Source: Acidimicrobiia bacterium (GTDB lineage Bacteria; Actinomycetota; Acidimicrobiia; Spongiisociales; Spongiisociaceae). From it: DNA of 64,000 bases. The position numbers were made by a program, and so were the translations under genes. The notes under the pieces are model-generated. The model searched no databases. It saw nothing but the letters and a program-made list of their open reading frames with translations, and was not told the origin of the DNA. Each line of letters opens with the position of its first letter. Position 1 is the first letter of the stretch. Shown here piece after piece: positions 29,802 to 37,815 of this stretch. The stretch covers positions 7,834 through 71,833 of the forward strand of contig JBFGLM010000014.1 of the NCBI GenBank assembly GCA_041576165.1, read 5' to 3'.

Positions 29802-30341
29802 ATGGCTCGGAACATGCGGTGGATCATCACGCTCACGCTGGCGCTCGTGCTGGCGCTACCGTCGATCGCGTATGCCAGCCAGACCGCAGACGGTGATGGA
29901 GCCGAAGAAGATGCCGCGGTAGACCGGGAGGTCGATCATGCAACCTATGAGGCTGCTGATCGCGTCTCGGACCGGGCATCAGATCATGCATCGGTCACCG
30001 ACCACGCGAGCGACGCGGTCAGCGACCACGCACGGGATGTGGTCACCGACCCGGTAGCAGATCAGGTCGCAGATCGCGAGACCGATGCGGTCACGGATCG
30101 GGTAACAGATCAGGTCACGGACCGGGAAGCGGACCGGGTGACCGATCACGAACGCGACCGGGTCACCGACCACCGGCCCGATCGGCGGTGTGCCGACCAC
30201 CGCGATGACCACGACCATCGAGGCTGCGATCACGACCACCCGACGGATCGAGTCAACGTCCGCAAGCTCATCTACCGACTGATCCAGGCTCACGAGTGGC
30301 AGAAGTTGTTCCGGCTTCTCCACGCGCTCGGCCTCGTCTGA
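29802..30341 (+). CDS. secreted Asp/His-rich protein with D-x-V-T tetrapeptide repeats
   Basis: aggagg lies 6 nt upstream of the ATG. Signal peptide MARNMRWIITLTLALVLALPSIAYA. About 20 tandem 4-residue units (DRVS DRAS DHAS...DAVT DRVT DQVT DREA DRVT DHER DRVT), then a His/Cys/Asp cluster CADHRDDHDHRGCDHDH and an amphipathic C-terminal helix. Only 9 nt separate it from the ECF sigma gene. Confidence 0.65.
   Translation: MARNMRWIITLTLALVLALPSIAYASQTADGDGAEEDAAVDREVDHATYEAADRVSDRASDHASVTDHASDAVSDHARDVVTDPVADQVADRETDAVTDRVTDQVTDREADRVTDHERDRVTDHRPDRRCADHRDDHDHRGCDHDHPTDRVNVRKLIYRLIQAHEWQKLFRLLHALGLV
29958..30250 (+). repeat. 12-nt periodic coding repeat (gay-nnn-gtc-acs)
   Basis: gatcgcgtctcg gaccgggcatca ... 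gatgcggtcacg gatcgggtaaca gatcaggtcacg gaccgggaagcg gaccgggtgacc; degenerate tandem array. Confidence 0.7.
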
Positions 30342-30350
30342 GAATCGGAT

Positions 30351-30911
30351 TTGGGGGTACCCGGACGCGACCTCGACGAGTGGGCCGACGGAATCCGTCG
30401 GCGGTCTGAGGATGCGTTTCGGGCCGTGTACGCCGTGGTGGCGGACGACCTGGCGTCGTTCGCCACCGGCATGCTCCGGGACCGTCGGGCGGCTGAGGAT
30501 GTTGTCCAGCAGGCGTTTCTCGAGCTCGTCTCCGCCGCGCCCAAGTTCCGGGGCGACGGGAGGGCGCTGCGGGCATGGCTCTTCAAGAGTGTGCGGTTTG
30601 GCTGCCTGGACGAGATACGGCGCCGCAGCCGCCGGCCGGAAACGCCGACCGATGATCTGCCCGAGCAGGCAGTGGTTCCCCTGCCGGGGCGGGACGACCA
30701 CCCCGAGCTGTATGCGGCGCTCGAGACGCTATCCGAGCGTCAGCGGGCTCTTGTGCTTCTCCGCCACGTTTCGGGCCTGTCGGGCGAGGAGATCGGCAAG
30801 GTCATGGGTATGAGGAGGCCGGCCGTATACGCCGCGCTGGCACGGGCCGAACGGCGGCTGCGGGGGACGCTGGACGCCGGCTCCGACGAGATGCGAAGGG
30901 AAACAGCATGA
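30351..30911 (+). CDS. ECF-type sigma-70 family RNA polymerase sigma factor
   Basis: Region 2 EDAFRAVYAVVADDLASFATGMLRDRRAAEDVVQQAFLEL...WLFKSVRFGCLDEIRRR. Region 4 LSERQRALVLLRHVSGLSGEEIGKVMGMRRPAVYAALARAERRL. The TTG start is tentative. Confidence 0.8.
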   Translation: MGVPGRDLDEWADGIRRRSEDAFRAVYAVVADDLASFATGMLRDRRAAEDVVQQAFLELVSAAPKFRGDGRALRAWLFKSVRFGCLDEIRRRSRRPETPTDDLPEQAVVPLPGRDDHPELYAALETLSERQRALVLLRHVSGLSGEEIGKVMGMRRPAVYAALARAERRLRGTLDAGSDEMRRETA

Positions 30912-31747
30912 GCACTGACAGCTTTCCGGAGCTGAGCGTTCTCCGCCTTGCCCTGGCTCCGCAGACGCGCGACCGGCACCTTGCCGAGGTGGTTAGCGCC
31001 ATCCGGTCGGCACCTCACCGTCGCTCCGGTTTCCGGTTGAGCTGGCGGCGCTGGGTGGCGTCGGCCGCAGCAGCAGGCGCTCTGCTCACACCCGCGGCCG
31101 CGATCGCCGCCGACGGCGCTCTACCGGGGGACGCTCTGTACCCGATCAAGCGTCTCCTGGAGCCGGTTGTGCGACTCGTCGACCGCGATGTGATTGCGGA
31201 GCACCGTGTCGAGGAGCTGGAAGTGCTCATCGCCAGGGACGGCTCTTCGGACATCGTCACCGATCTTCTGATCGACGCCCGGGCGGCGGTCGGAGCCGTC
31301 GACGTTCCTGAGCTGCGGGACCGCCTCGCCGCAATCGAGGAGGTGATCGATCAGCGGACGACCGATCGAATCCCCGCCAGCACCGACCGGCCGAGGGTCG
31401 ATACGCCGCCGGTCGATCCGCCTGTTACTACTTCGGCCCCAGCCGACGCCGGTCACCCGACCGACGGTCACGCGCCGGCGCCCGCGCCCGACCTTGAGCA
31501 CCGAGACAGTGTCGCTCCGCCCGAAGACAGTCCCCCCGCGGTAGATGCTCCGTCGGTCACGACCGCCGTCCTGCGCGATGGCACCACCCATCGCGACGGT
31601 CTTGGTGGCGAGGCGGCCGACGTCGACTCGGCGCCGGCTGAGCAGCCGGTGATCGATGAGCCGGCGCACGACGCGCCGCCGGAATCAGGCGATACGCGCG
31701 AGACCGATGCCCCCACGGTCGACGGGGAGGGCGACCGGGCACCATGA
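30908..31747 (+). CDS. membrane-anchored DUF5667-like protein (putative anti-sigma partner), Pro-rich C-terminus
   Basis: ATGA overlap with the sigma gene. One TM segment (WVASAAAAGALLTPAAAIAA). PGDALYPIKRLLEPV is typical of DUF5667 proteins found after actinobacterial ECF sigmas. No HxxxCxxC zinc anti-sigma motif was seen. Confidence 0.6.
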   Translation: MSTDSFPELSVLRLALAPQTRDRHLAEVVSAIRSAPHRRSGFRLSWRRWVASAAAAGALLTPAAAIAADGALPGDALYPIKRLLEPVVRLVDRDVIAEHRVEELEVLIARDGSSDIVTDLLIDARAAVGAVDVPELRDRLAAIEEVIDQRTTDRIPASTDRPRVDTPPVDPPVTTSAPADAGHPTDGHAPAPAPDLEHRDSVAPPEDSPPAVDAPSVTTAVLRDGTTHRDGLGGEAADVDSAPAEQPVIDEPAHDAPPESGDTRETDAPTVDGEGDRAP

Positions 31748-31802
31748 CGCGTCGAAGGGGTGCCCCGTCCCGGGGGCACCCCTTCGGGAACTCCAGGACC
31801 GC

Positions 31803-32522
31803 CTACTTGTTCTTGCCCTTGCCCTTGCCGTTGCCGCCGGCGTTGGAGTGGGCGGGCGCCCCGCCGCCGGTTTCGCCGCCCTTGTCCTTCTTGCCCTTGA
31901 CCTTTTCTTCAGTGCCGTCGGTGGCCGCTTCGGTCTCGTCGGTACCTTCGGTGGTCGCCTCGAGATCATCGCCCCCGTTCTTTCCCATATCCGAGTGCGC
32001 GAATCCCCGAACCCAATGGCCGAAGGGTTCCTTCATGTCGTGTTTGAACGGCTTCATGGCGTGGACCATGTTCGACACAACCGACCCGTGCGTGATCTGG
32101 CCATTGGGGCCGGTCACGTCGACGACCAGGCATCCTTCCGGGACCTCTTCCTCGGCCGGCTCTGCAACGGCGCCTGCCGCGTCGGCCCCGCCGTCGGGCA
32201 GCGGGAGGCACATCGTGGACTCAGCCGGGTCCTCGTCGGTCCCGCTCTCCTCAACGACTTCTTCGTCTGCGGCTTCCTCTTCCAGAGCGCCGCTGATGTC
32301 GACAATCAGGGTGCCGTCCGCCTCGTCGAAGGCGTACGGCAAATCGCCGGCCGTCCCAAGCTCCCACGTCTCGTCGGCTTCCTCGCCGGCCTCGTCGCCT
32401 GCTTCGACCAACTCGGCTTCGCTGTCGGACACATCGTCCAGCAACGCGAAGGCGGGGGCGGAGATGATGACACTGGCAATAGCCGACAAGGTCAGCGTGC
32501 GGCCGCGGATGATTCGAAGCAC
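31803..32522 (-). CDS. secreted highly acidic protein with His-rich central segment and Lys/Gly-rich tail
   Basis: Signal peptide MLRIIRGRTLTLSAIASVIISAPAFA. GC-rich third codon positions on this strand. Central segment HGSVVSNMVHAMKPFKHDMKEPFGHWVRGFAHSDMGK. The long + strand ORFs over the same DNA lack any such features. Confidence 0.55.
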   Translation of the reverse strand: MLRIIRGRTLTLSAIASVIISAPAFALLDDVSDSEAELVEAGDEAGEEADETWELGTAGDLPYAFDEADGTLIVDISGALEEEAADEEVVEESGTDEDPAESTMCLPLPDGGADAAGAVAEPAEEEVPEGCLVVDVTGPNGQITHGSVVSNMVHAMKPFKHDMKEPFGHWVRGFAHSDMGKNGGDDLEATTEGTDETEAATDGTEEKVKGKKDKGGETGGGAPAHSNAGGNGKGKGKNK

Positions 32523-32638
32523 AGGCTCCTCCGGTGTTCGTGGGAAGGACGTCCGTCACGGTTCCCTGGCGTGTTCATGGAAGTAAACGACGGATATCCG
32601 GTGGCGGGTACGGGCTGACAGCAAGAACCTCTTGTTAA

Positions 32639-32654
32639 TCGAACATATGTTCGA
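32639..32654. promoter_or_regulatory. LexA (SOS) box upstream of imuA'
   Basis: Perfect palindrome TCGAACATATGTTCGA matches the actinobacterial SOS box TCGAAC-N4-GTTCGA. A -10-like TAGATT follows at 32655-32660. Confidence 0.8.
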
Positions 32655-32682
32655 TAGATTGGGTTCCCGGTTAGGAGTTGAT

Positions 32683-33378
32683 GTGGTGTCGGGGTCATCG
32701 CTGGCAAACCTGCCCTGGGGATCAATCTGGCAGGGTACGGCCGGGGCAATAGCCACCGACCGTCAAACGGCTGTATCTGCTGAGACAGCCCGACTAGCCG
32801 CGCCTCCCGGCCGGATCATTTCCCTCGAAGGACCTACCGGGCTCGGGATGACTCGAATCGGCTTGGGGTTGCTGTCCCAACTGGCCGCACACCTCCCGGT
32901 CGCCGTCGTTGACGTCCGAGGATGGATCTGCCCACTGGCCGCGTGGGAGTTGGGTATACCCCCGGAACGGCTGGTGACCGTTCGATGTGATGACCCAATT
33001 CAATGGCCCAAGGCACTGGCCGCGCTGCTCGAAGGAATCGGTGGTGTATACGCCGAAGTTCCCCCAGGAGTTCCCGAACAAGCGCTCAGAAGGTTGTCGG
33101 CCTTGGCCCGCTCGCGGGAAGCCGCAGTGGTGCTGCGGCCTTTACGGGGCAAGCTCCCAGCCGGTGTCTCCTTTCTCCGTTTGCAGCCAACTGGGGTGGT
33201 GTGGGAGGGACCTGAGGCCGGTCACGGCCGGCTGAAGGGACGAAACATCACCCTCGAAGCTTCAGGTAAGGGAGCCGCGGGGATGCAACGAGTGATCGAG
33301 ATGGAGGACGATGGCACGAACCTTGTGCATTTGGTTTCCGGAATGGCCTCTGCGCCGCCCCGACGCGCAGCCGGATGA
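32683..33378 (+). CDS. imuA': ImuA'-like (RecA-fold, SulA-like) mutasome accessory protein
   Basis: GTG 32683 lies 5 nt after AGGAG (32673-32677); the ORF track starts at 32632 and an alternative ATG is at 32647, inside the SOS box. IISLEGPTGLGMTRIGLGLLSQ is a degenerate P-loop-like segment. Overlaps imuB by 68 nt and is preceded by an SOS box, as for mycobacterial imuA'. Confidence 0.7.
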   Translation: MVSGSSLANLPWGSIWQGTAGAIATDRQTAVSAETARLAAPPGRIISLEGPTGLGMTRIGLGLLSQLAAHLPVAVVDVRGWICPLAAWELGIPPERLVTVRCDDPIQWPKALAALLEGIGGVYAEVPPGVPEQALRRLSALARSREAAVVLRPLRGKLPAGVSFLRLQPTGVVWEGPEAGHGRLKGRNITLEASGKGAAGMQRVIEMEDDGTNLVHLVSGMASAPPRRAAG

Positions 33379-34783
33379 GCCGTGCATCGTCACCGGTGAA
33401 CGTGACGGCCGCCCCCAGGTGGTTGCCGCCAACCACCTGGCTCTCGCAGCCGGAGTCCTTCCGGGGATGGAGCGTCGTGAAGCCGAGTGTCTGATTCCGG
33501 CGGGAATCAGTCTGGATCGGGACCTCGCCCGAGAAACGCGCCAGTTCGAACCGGTTCTGGATGCAGTAGAGGACCTGATTCCGAGGGTCGAGGTGGTAGA
33601 GCCGGGGTGGTTGTTCATACCTGTAGCCGGGGCGGTGCGCTATTTCGGGGGTGAAAGTCCGCTCATCGATCGTGTGGCAAAGGAGGTTGACGCGGTGGCC
33701 GGGCCGGGGGGTCGGTTTGGCGTGGCCGGTGGGCCCTTTGCCGCCTTTTGGGCAGCGCGGCAAGCCACCAGTTCAGATCCGGTCAACTTCGTCGGCGATG
33801 ATGCGAGCTTCCTGGCCGGTCTCGATATTGCGGCGCTGGCTACTGAAGATCTGGTAGCGACCTTCCGTTGGCTCGGCATAGAAACGCTCGGGGCGCTGGC
33901 ACGTCTTCCCCGTCCGGCGATCGCCTCCCGGTTCGGTACACCGGGTTTGGTGGCGCACCGGTTGGCTAGCGGGGAGGATCGAAATCCGACACCTCGTGCC
34001 TTACCTCCCGAGTTGACCGTCGAGGATCACTATGAGGAGCCGTTGCAGCTTCTCGAGCAAGTCGGGTTTGCCGCCCGGTCCCTGGCGAACCGGCTTATGG
34101 AGACACTCCGGCCCCACGGCATCTCGCCGCATCGCGTATGTGTGGAAGCCGAAGCAGCCGACGGCACGCTTCGGGCGAGGATATGGCGAAGCGCCGACCC
34201 CTTCTCGGAAGCTTCGCTCAGCGAACGGGTCTGGTGGCAGCTCCGGGCTTGGATCGAGTCGGCCGGGGTCCCCGGCGGACTGGTACGTCTGCGGCTCGCG
34301 CCCGAAGACCTCTCCGGCGCCGGCCGGCAGATGGCGTTGTTTGAAAATGTGGCGGCCGAGATCGAGGCGGAGCGAGCGCTGGCCCGGGTGCAGGCAATCC
34401 TCGGTCCAGATGCGGTTCTCGAAGCGCGCCCCACCGGTGGGCGTAATCCACAAGACCGGGTGCGCTGGTACCGGTGGGGAGACGAGGAGCCGGCCATTGC
34501 TCCTGAGGCTCCCTGGCCGGGAAAGTTGCCCGCTCCGGCCCCGGCGCTGGTGCCTCCCGAACCGAAAGTACTCGAGGTGGAGTGGGAGGCGGGTATCCCC
34601 GAACGTGTGAGGCTCGCCAGTCGGTGGGAGCCCGTCTTGAATTGGGCGGGACCCTGGCGTCAGGTTGGAGCTTGGTGGCGTGGCGAAGATCCCGCCGACC
34701 ATTACCAGATCGTCACATACGCCGGGGCAATGCTGTGTGCCGTTGTGGAGGGGACCGCGTATTTGGTCGGGGTCTACGACTGA
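33311..34783 (+). CDS. imuB: ImuB (catalytically inactive Y-family polymerase-like mutasome subunit)
   Basis: MARTLCIWFPEWPLRRPD is the characteristic ImuB N-terminus. Y-family palm/fingers-like region. Follows imuA'. Confidence 0.85.
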   Translation: MARTLCIWFPEWPLRRPDAQPDEPCIVTGERDGRPQVVAANHLALAAGVLPGMERREAECLIPAGISLDRDLARETRQFEPVLDAVEDLIPRVEVVEPGWLFIPVAGAVRYFGGESPLIDRVAKEVDAVAGPGGRFGVAGGPFAAFWAARQATSSDPVNFVGDDASFLAGLDIAALATEDLVATFRWLGIETLGALARLPRPAIASRFGTPGLVAHRLASGEDRNPTPRALPPELTVEDHYEEPLQLLEQVGFAARSLANRLMETLRPHGISPHRVCVEAEAADGTLRARIWRSADPFSEASLSERVWWQLRAWIESAGVPGGLVRLRLAPEDLSGAGRQMALFENVAAEIEAERALARVQAILGPDAVLEARPTGGRNPQDRVRWYRWGDEEPAIAPEAPWPGKLPAPAPALVPPEPKVLEVEWEAGIPERVRLASRWEPVLNWAGPWRQVGAWWRGEDPADHYQIVTYAGAMLCAVVEGTAYLVGVYD

Positions 34784-34788
34784 CCTCG

Positions 34789-35520
34789 TCAGGAGTCGCT
34801 GGCTGCGTTCACCTTCGTTGAAATGATCGAGTGGACCCGATCACGCAGTTCATCGATCTCCTTGCCCGTCAAGCCGGCCGTCTCGATGGGCGGATAGATC
34901 TCGACGTGGATGGGGCCCGGCCGAATCACCCGCGTGGTCGGACGCCACACCTTCCGACTGCCGGTGATGGCGGTTGGCAAGATCGGGATGCCCATTGACG
35001 CCGCGATCGTGAATGCTCCCTTTTTGAATGGTCGCATGACACCGTCTCGCGGACGAGTCCCCTCGGGATAGACGATGAGCGAGCGGCCGAGATTGATTGC
35101 CTCTTTGGCCGAGCGGTTGATGTGGGCGTGGACTGAGCCTCCCGCCATCCGATCGACCTCTACGATCCCGATGGCACGCAGGGCGCTGCCGAAGATCGGG
35201 ATGCGGAACAGCTCCTTTTTGGCGAGGTAACGAATCGGCAACGGGAACACGATGAAGTGCGAGAAGATGTCGAACGCCGACTGGTGATTGGAAACGATCA
35301 CATATGAACGGGATGGATCGACGTTTTCCGTGCCGCTCACAGACAGCGTGGCGCCGCTGAGCCGGAACCACTGCTGCGCCCACGACTTGGCGGCGGTCTC
35401 GATCCGAGGATCGTCCGCCCGGCGCACCGCGAGCAGCCAAACGAACGCGGCATACGCGGCAGTGGCCGGGATCATCACCGAGATCGTGAGCATGCTGCGC
35501 GCCAGACCCCGAATCCACAT
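34789..35520 (-). CDS. plsC: 1-acyl-sn-glycerol-3-phosphate acyltransferase
   Basis: N-terminal TM segment, VSNHQSAFD (HX4D) and VYPEGTRPRDG motifs. Confidence 0.85.
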   Translation of the reverse strand: MWIRGLARSMLTISVMIPATAAYAAFVWLLAVRRADDPRIETAAKSWAQQWFRLSGATLSVSGTENVDPSRSYVIVSNHQSAFDIFSHFIVFPLPIRYLAKKELFRIPIFGSALRAIGIVEVDRMAGGSVHAHINRSAKEAINLGRSLIVYPEGTRPRDGVMRPFKKGAFTIAASMGIPILPTAITGSRKVWRPTTRVIRPGPIHVEIYPPIETAGLTGKEIDELRDRVHSIISTKVNAASDS

Positions 35521-35610
35521 AACCTCACGGTATCAGCCCGGCCGTGAGGTGACGGCCGTTGGATTCGTCAGCGGCGAGCTCGCTGGACGCGCCTCCGGCC
35601 CGTCACACGG

Positions 35611-35661
35611 CGAACCTTCGGCTGGAGGGTGCCTTGAGGGCACCCTCCAGCCTAAGGTTCG
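35611..35661. repeat. 51-nt near-perfect palindrome/hairpin in the plsC-ycaQ divergent region
   Basis: cgaacctt-c-ggctggagggtgcc ttgag ggcaccctccagcc-t-aaggttcg: 22 paired positions, one mismatch, 5-nt loop. Confidence 0.8.
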
Positions 35662-35668
35662 CCCCGTT

Positions 35669-36853
35669 TTGCGACTCACCAACGATCAGGCTGTGCGCGC
35701 TTTTCTCGCTGCGCAAGGGTTCAACGACCGGCCGCCAAATGGCGCGGTCACCGCGCGGCACTTCCGGCGCGTGGTCGACCGGGTGACGCTGCTTCAAATC
35801 GATTCAGTCAACGTTGTCACCCGGGCTCACTACGTTCCCCTGTTCGCGCGGCTAGGCCCATACGACCGGGACGACCTGGACCATCACATTTACGGGCGGC
35901 GGGCCATGTTCGAGTACTGGTGCCACGAACAGTCGTATGCACCCATCCACCTCTACCCGGCCATGATCACGAGAATGCGAGCCCTCGAAGCCAAGCCGTG
36001 GCGTCGGGTGCGGCGACTCCTCGAGGAGCAGCCGGGATATCTGGATCTCGTGCTCGAGGAAGTAGCCGCCCACGGTCCGATGTCGGCCCGCGAGCTCTCG
36101 GACCCCGGCACGCGAACGGGACCGTGGTGGGGTCACGGGAAGGGCAAGATCGCTTTGGATTATCTGTTCTCGGCCGGAAAGCTGGCGATCGCCCGGCGCA
36201 TGAACTTCGAGCGGTTTTACGATCTGCCCGAACGGGTCATTCCTGCGAGCGTTCTCGCCCAGCCTGCCCTGAGCGAACGCGATGCTATGCGAGAACGCCT
36301 TCGCCACTCGATCAAGTCGCTGGCGGTCGCCACGGCCGCCGACCTGTGTGACTACTTCCGGACCACTCAGAAAGAGGCAGGTCCCGTGATCGACGCCATG
36401 GTGGCAAAAGGTGAGCTGGTGCCGATCGAGGTGGAGGGATGGAATCGGCCCGCTTACACCCATCCCCATCTGTCGATCCCCCGTTCGGTCGGGGGCCGTT
36501 CGCTGGTCGCCCCATTTGATTCAATGGTGTGGGACCGACGGCGCACAGAACGCCTATTCGGCTTTCACTACCGCATCGAGATCTACGTACCCGCCCCCCA
36601 GCGCAAGTATGGCTATTACGTGTTCCCGTTTCGCCTCGGGGAACAGATCGTCGCCCGGGTGGACCTGAAGGCAGACCGGGCCGCAGGCGCGCTGCGTGTG
36701 CTCGGGGCTTTCAGCGAGGACGGATTGGATCGCAAACACGTCGCCCGCGAGCTGCGGGACGAGCTCGACCGGATCGCCGAGTGGCTCGCACTCGATCGGG
36801 TGGTGCTCGGCCGGCGGGGAGATCTGATGGCCGAACTCCGGGTGGCCTCGTGA
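35669..36853 (+). CDS. YcaQ/AlkZ-family winged-helix protein (putative crosslink-repair DNA glycosylase)
   Basis: LRLTNDQAVRAFLAAQGF...VNVVTRAHYVPLFARLG...FEYWCHEQSY...KYGYYVFPFRLGEQIVARVDLKADRAAGALRV matches the DUF1006/YcaQ pattern. The TTG 35669 start is tentative (alternative GTG 35549). The ORF-track start at 35288 would run antisense through plsC. Confidence 0.75.
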   Translation: MRLTNDQAVRAFLAAQGFNDRPPNGAVTARHFRRVVDRVTLLQIDSVNVVTRAHYVPLFARLGPYDRDDLDHHIYGRRAMFEYWCHEQSYAPIHLYPAMITRMRALEAKPWRRVRRLLEEQPGYLDLVLEEVAAHGPMSARELSDPGTRTGPWWGHGKGKIALDYLFSAGKLAIARRMNFERFYDLPERVIPASVLAQPALSERDAMRERLRHSIKSLAVATAADLCDYFRTTQKEAGPVIDAMVAKGELVPIEVEGWNRPAYTHPHLSIPRSVGGRSLVAPFDSMVWDRRRTERLFGFHYRIEIYVPAPQRKYGYYVFPFRLGEQIVARVDLKADRAAGALRVLGAFSEDGLDRKHVARELRDELDRIAEWLALDRVVLGRRGDLMAELRVAS

Positions 36854-37470
36854 GTGGTCTTGACCATCGATCACCCAAGTCGGATTGGCGACAATGGGCC
36901 CGCGGGCTTCACCACCGCGGACTTGCCGACCGGGCCGGGCCCGGGATCCTGTCACACGCTGCCCGGTATCTGGAGCGGGTGGCTCCGACCACGGTGGTGT
37001 TGTTCGCAAACCTCCCGGATGAGGTCAGCGTTGATGGGCTGGCCGAGATAGAGCGTCACGATTTCGCCCTTACTCGCACGCCTCCGACCGGGTGGTTGAC
37101 CATCCACCGGTGGACGGCACCGCGAGAAACGCACCCGTTCGGGTTCAGTCAACCGGTCGGACAGGCGCCCAAGGTACCTTTTGATCAGATCGGCGTTGTG
37201 GTCGTGCCGGCGCTGGCCTTCGATCGAAGCGGCGTCCGACTCGGACGGGGCGCCGGCTATTACGACGAGCTCTTTTCGCGCCTCCCGCAATCGGTGCTGC
37301 GGGTGGGGGTCACTCCGGCTGCGCTGGTGGTGGAGCGCCTACCCCGGGCGCCGCACGATGCAGTGGTGGACGTCCTCATCACCGAGGACGGGCTGATTGA
37401 CACCTCACGTTGCGCTCCATCCGATGATCTTCTCAACCGAAATCATGATGGCAGCGCCGAGCCGGACTGA
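36850..37470 (+). CDS. 5-formyltetrahydrofolate cyclo-ligase
   Basis: GTGA overlap with the upstream stop. VVVPALAFDRSGVRLGRGAGYYD signature; ~206 aa. Confidence 0.8.
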   Translation: MSGLDHRSPKSDWRQWARGLHHRGLADRAGPGILSHAARYLERVAPTTVVLFANLPDEVSVDGLAEIERHDFALTRTPPTGWLTIHRWTAPRETHPFGFSQPVGQAPKVPFDQIGVVVVPALAFDRSGVRLGRGAGYYDELFSRLPQSVLRVGVTPAALVVERLPRAPHDAVVDVLITEDGLIDTSRCAPSDDLLNRNHDGSAEPD

Positions 37471-37815
37471 CGCATACTGCGGGTACTTCGCTCGGAGCGG
37501 GCGGACACATGCGTCATGACCGGGGTCGGTGGACTCCACCCGACGGGCCGTCCCGTCGACCCGCACCCACCACAACGAGTCCCAATCCTCGGAATAGTGG
37601 TCGACGAGCACCGTCACGCGTGAGTCGTGGCGAAGGTTGACGAGGCGGCGTAATTCCGTAGTGCGCTTCGGTTTGTGGTCGACCGCGGTGATCAGCACGT
37701 CTCCGTCCCTAGCGAAGACGATCGGTACCAGATGCGGGCGGCCGTCAGAGCTGATGGTGGCCAGCACGGCCGATCTGGCGCCGTCAAGATGCGCGAGCGC
37801 TTCTGGACGGTTCAT
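37405..37815 (-). CDS. PPOX-class (pyridoxamine 5'-phosphate oxidase-like) probable F420-dependent enzyme
   Basis: ATG 37815 (MNRPEALAHLDGARSAVLATISSDGRPHLVPIVFARDGDVLITAVDHKPK...LWWVRVDG) inside ORF 37405..37980. ATGA overlap with the upstream gene. Confidence 0.75.
   Translation of the reverse strand: MNRPEALAHLDGARSAVLATISSDGRPHLVPIVFARDGDVLITAVDHKPKRTTELRRLVNLRHDSRVTVLVDHYSEDWDSLWWVRVDGTARRVESTDPGHDACVRPLRAKYPQYASVRLGAAIMISVEKIIGWSAT

Noticed and set aside
31656-32618. 320-aa and 280-aa + strand ORFs between the DUF5667 gene and imuA'
   Set aside because: They have no signal peptide, motif or RBS. The opposite strand has a signal peptide and GC-rich third codon positions. This was kept as a caveat in the finding on 31803-32522.
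35611-35661. Outer arms CGAAC...GTTCG of the palindrome as a LexA box
   Set aside because: The half-sites are 41 nt apart instead of 4 and lack the flanking T/A, so this is most likely a coincidence.
35288-35668. Upstream 127 codons of the ycaQ-like ORF as given in the track
   Set aside because: This part would run antisense through the plsC N-terminus and across the 51-nt palindrome. Homology-like sequence starts only at LRLTNDQ, so a downstream start was preferred.
36529-36849. Upstream extension of the 5-formyl-THF cyclo-ligase ORF
   Set aside because: It overlaps the ycaQ-like coding frame and translates to Arg/Pro-rich sequence. The GTG at 36850 gives a normal-length enzyme with a GTGA overlap.
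37405-37470. 66-nt convergent overlap of the cyclo-ligase and PPOX-class genes
   Set aside because: It is probably just non-conserved C-terminal read-through of the cyclo-ligase (conserved sequence ends near ITEDG). It is not evidence of antisense regulation.
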